Below are positions 63,748-64,000 of a stretch of 64,000 nucleotides of DNA, piece after piece. Below the pieces are notes generated by a model. It was not told the origin of the DNA. It made no database searches and saw only the letters and a list, made by a program, of their open reading frames with translations. Within the stretch, counting starts at the first letter, position 1. Each line of letters begins with the position of its first letter. Position numbers and translations under genes: made by a program. Origin of the DNA: Vermamoeba vermiformis (lineage: Eukaryota); the NCBI GenBank assembly GCA_045837725.1, contig JBEWZL010000272.1, positions 186,001-250,000 of the forward strand, in the 5' to 3' direction.

Positions 63748-64000
63748 TACACGAGATCTGATCCAACAAAAAACAATCGTTTAATTATTTTATAAATAAA
63801 TGTAAAAATTTTCCATAATTACAACACGCGGTATAAAAACACCTAGATTATATTAGTGCGCGTAAGTTTTGCGTTTTTTCATCGCATTTCTCTCGACGTC
63901 ACTGTGCTTCTCTTCCTCGCCGTAAGATCGCTTCAATCTATTTGCAGGAGCTCTCAACGGCTGACCTCTCAACACACCTGGCACTTGGTGTCGTTGTGGG

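Overview
Compact, AT-rich, intron-dense eukaryotic DNA with short GT-AG introns, CTAAC/ACTAA-like branch sites and the standard genetic code. It is probably a protist; Amoebozoa-like is my inference from gene content only. Housekeeping genes (SAM methyltransferase, SAP/NuSAP-like, Sec61beta, tRNA-Ile(AAT), two head-to-head SPFH genes, C-CAP/SEC-C, DNA ligase I, PHO84-like transporter, Zn2Cys6 factor, TFIIIC B-block subunit, PIG-T) are interleaved with conflict- or immunity-like genes. The most striking element is a tandem array (1.6-16.8 kb) of three genes with an F-box - LRR - ankyrin architecture. Each carries a nucleoporin-like FxF/FG low-complexity segment inserted inside an ankyrin repeat. 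The array shows mosaic gene-conversion tracts, an orphan tail of a fourth copy and one in-frame TGA. Also notable: a CpG-depleted Crinkler/RHS-type SAM-NTPase-nuclease gene with a possible mitochondrial presequence, a Pol-beta-type nucleotidyltransferase fused to a MATH domain, and a nuclease-fold/pseudokinase gene. All gene models were spliced by eye, so exon edges and some starts are approximate; no database searches were run.
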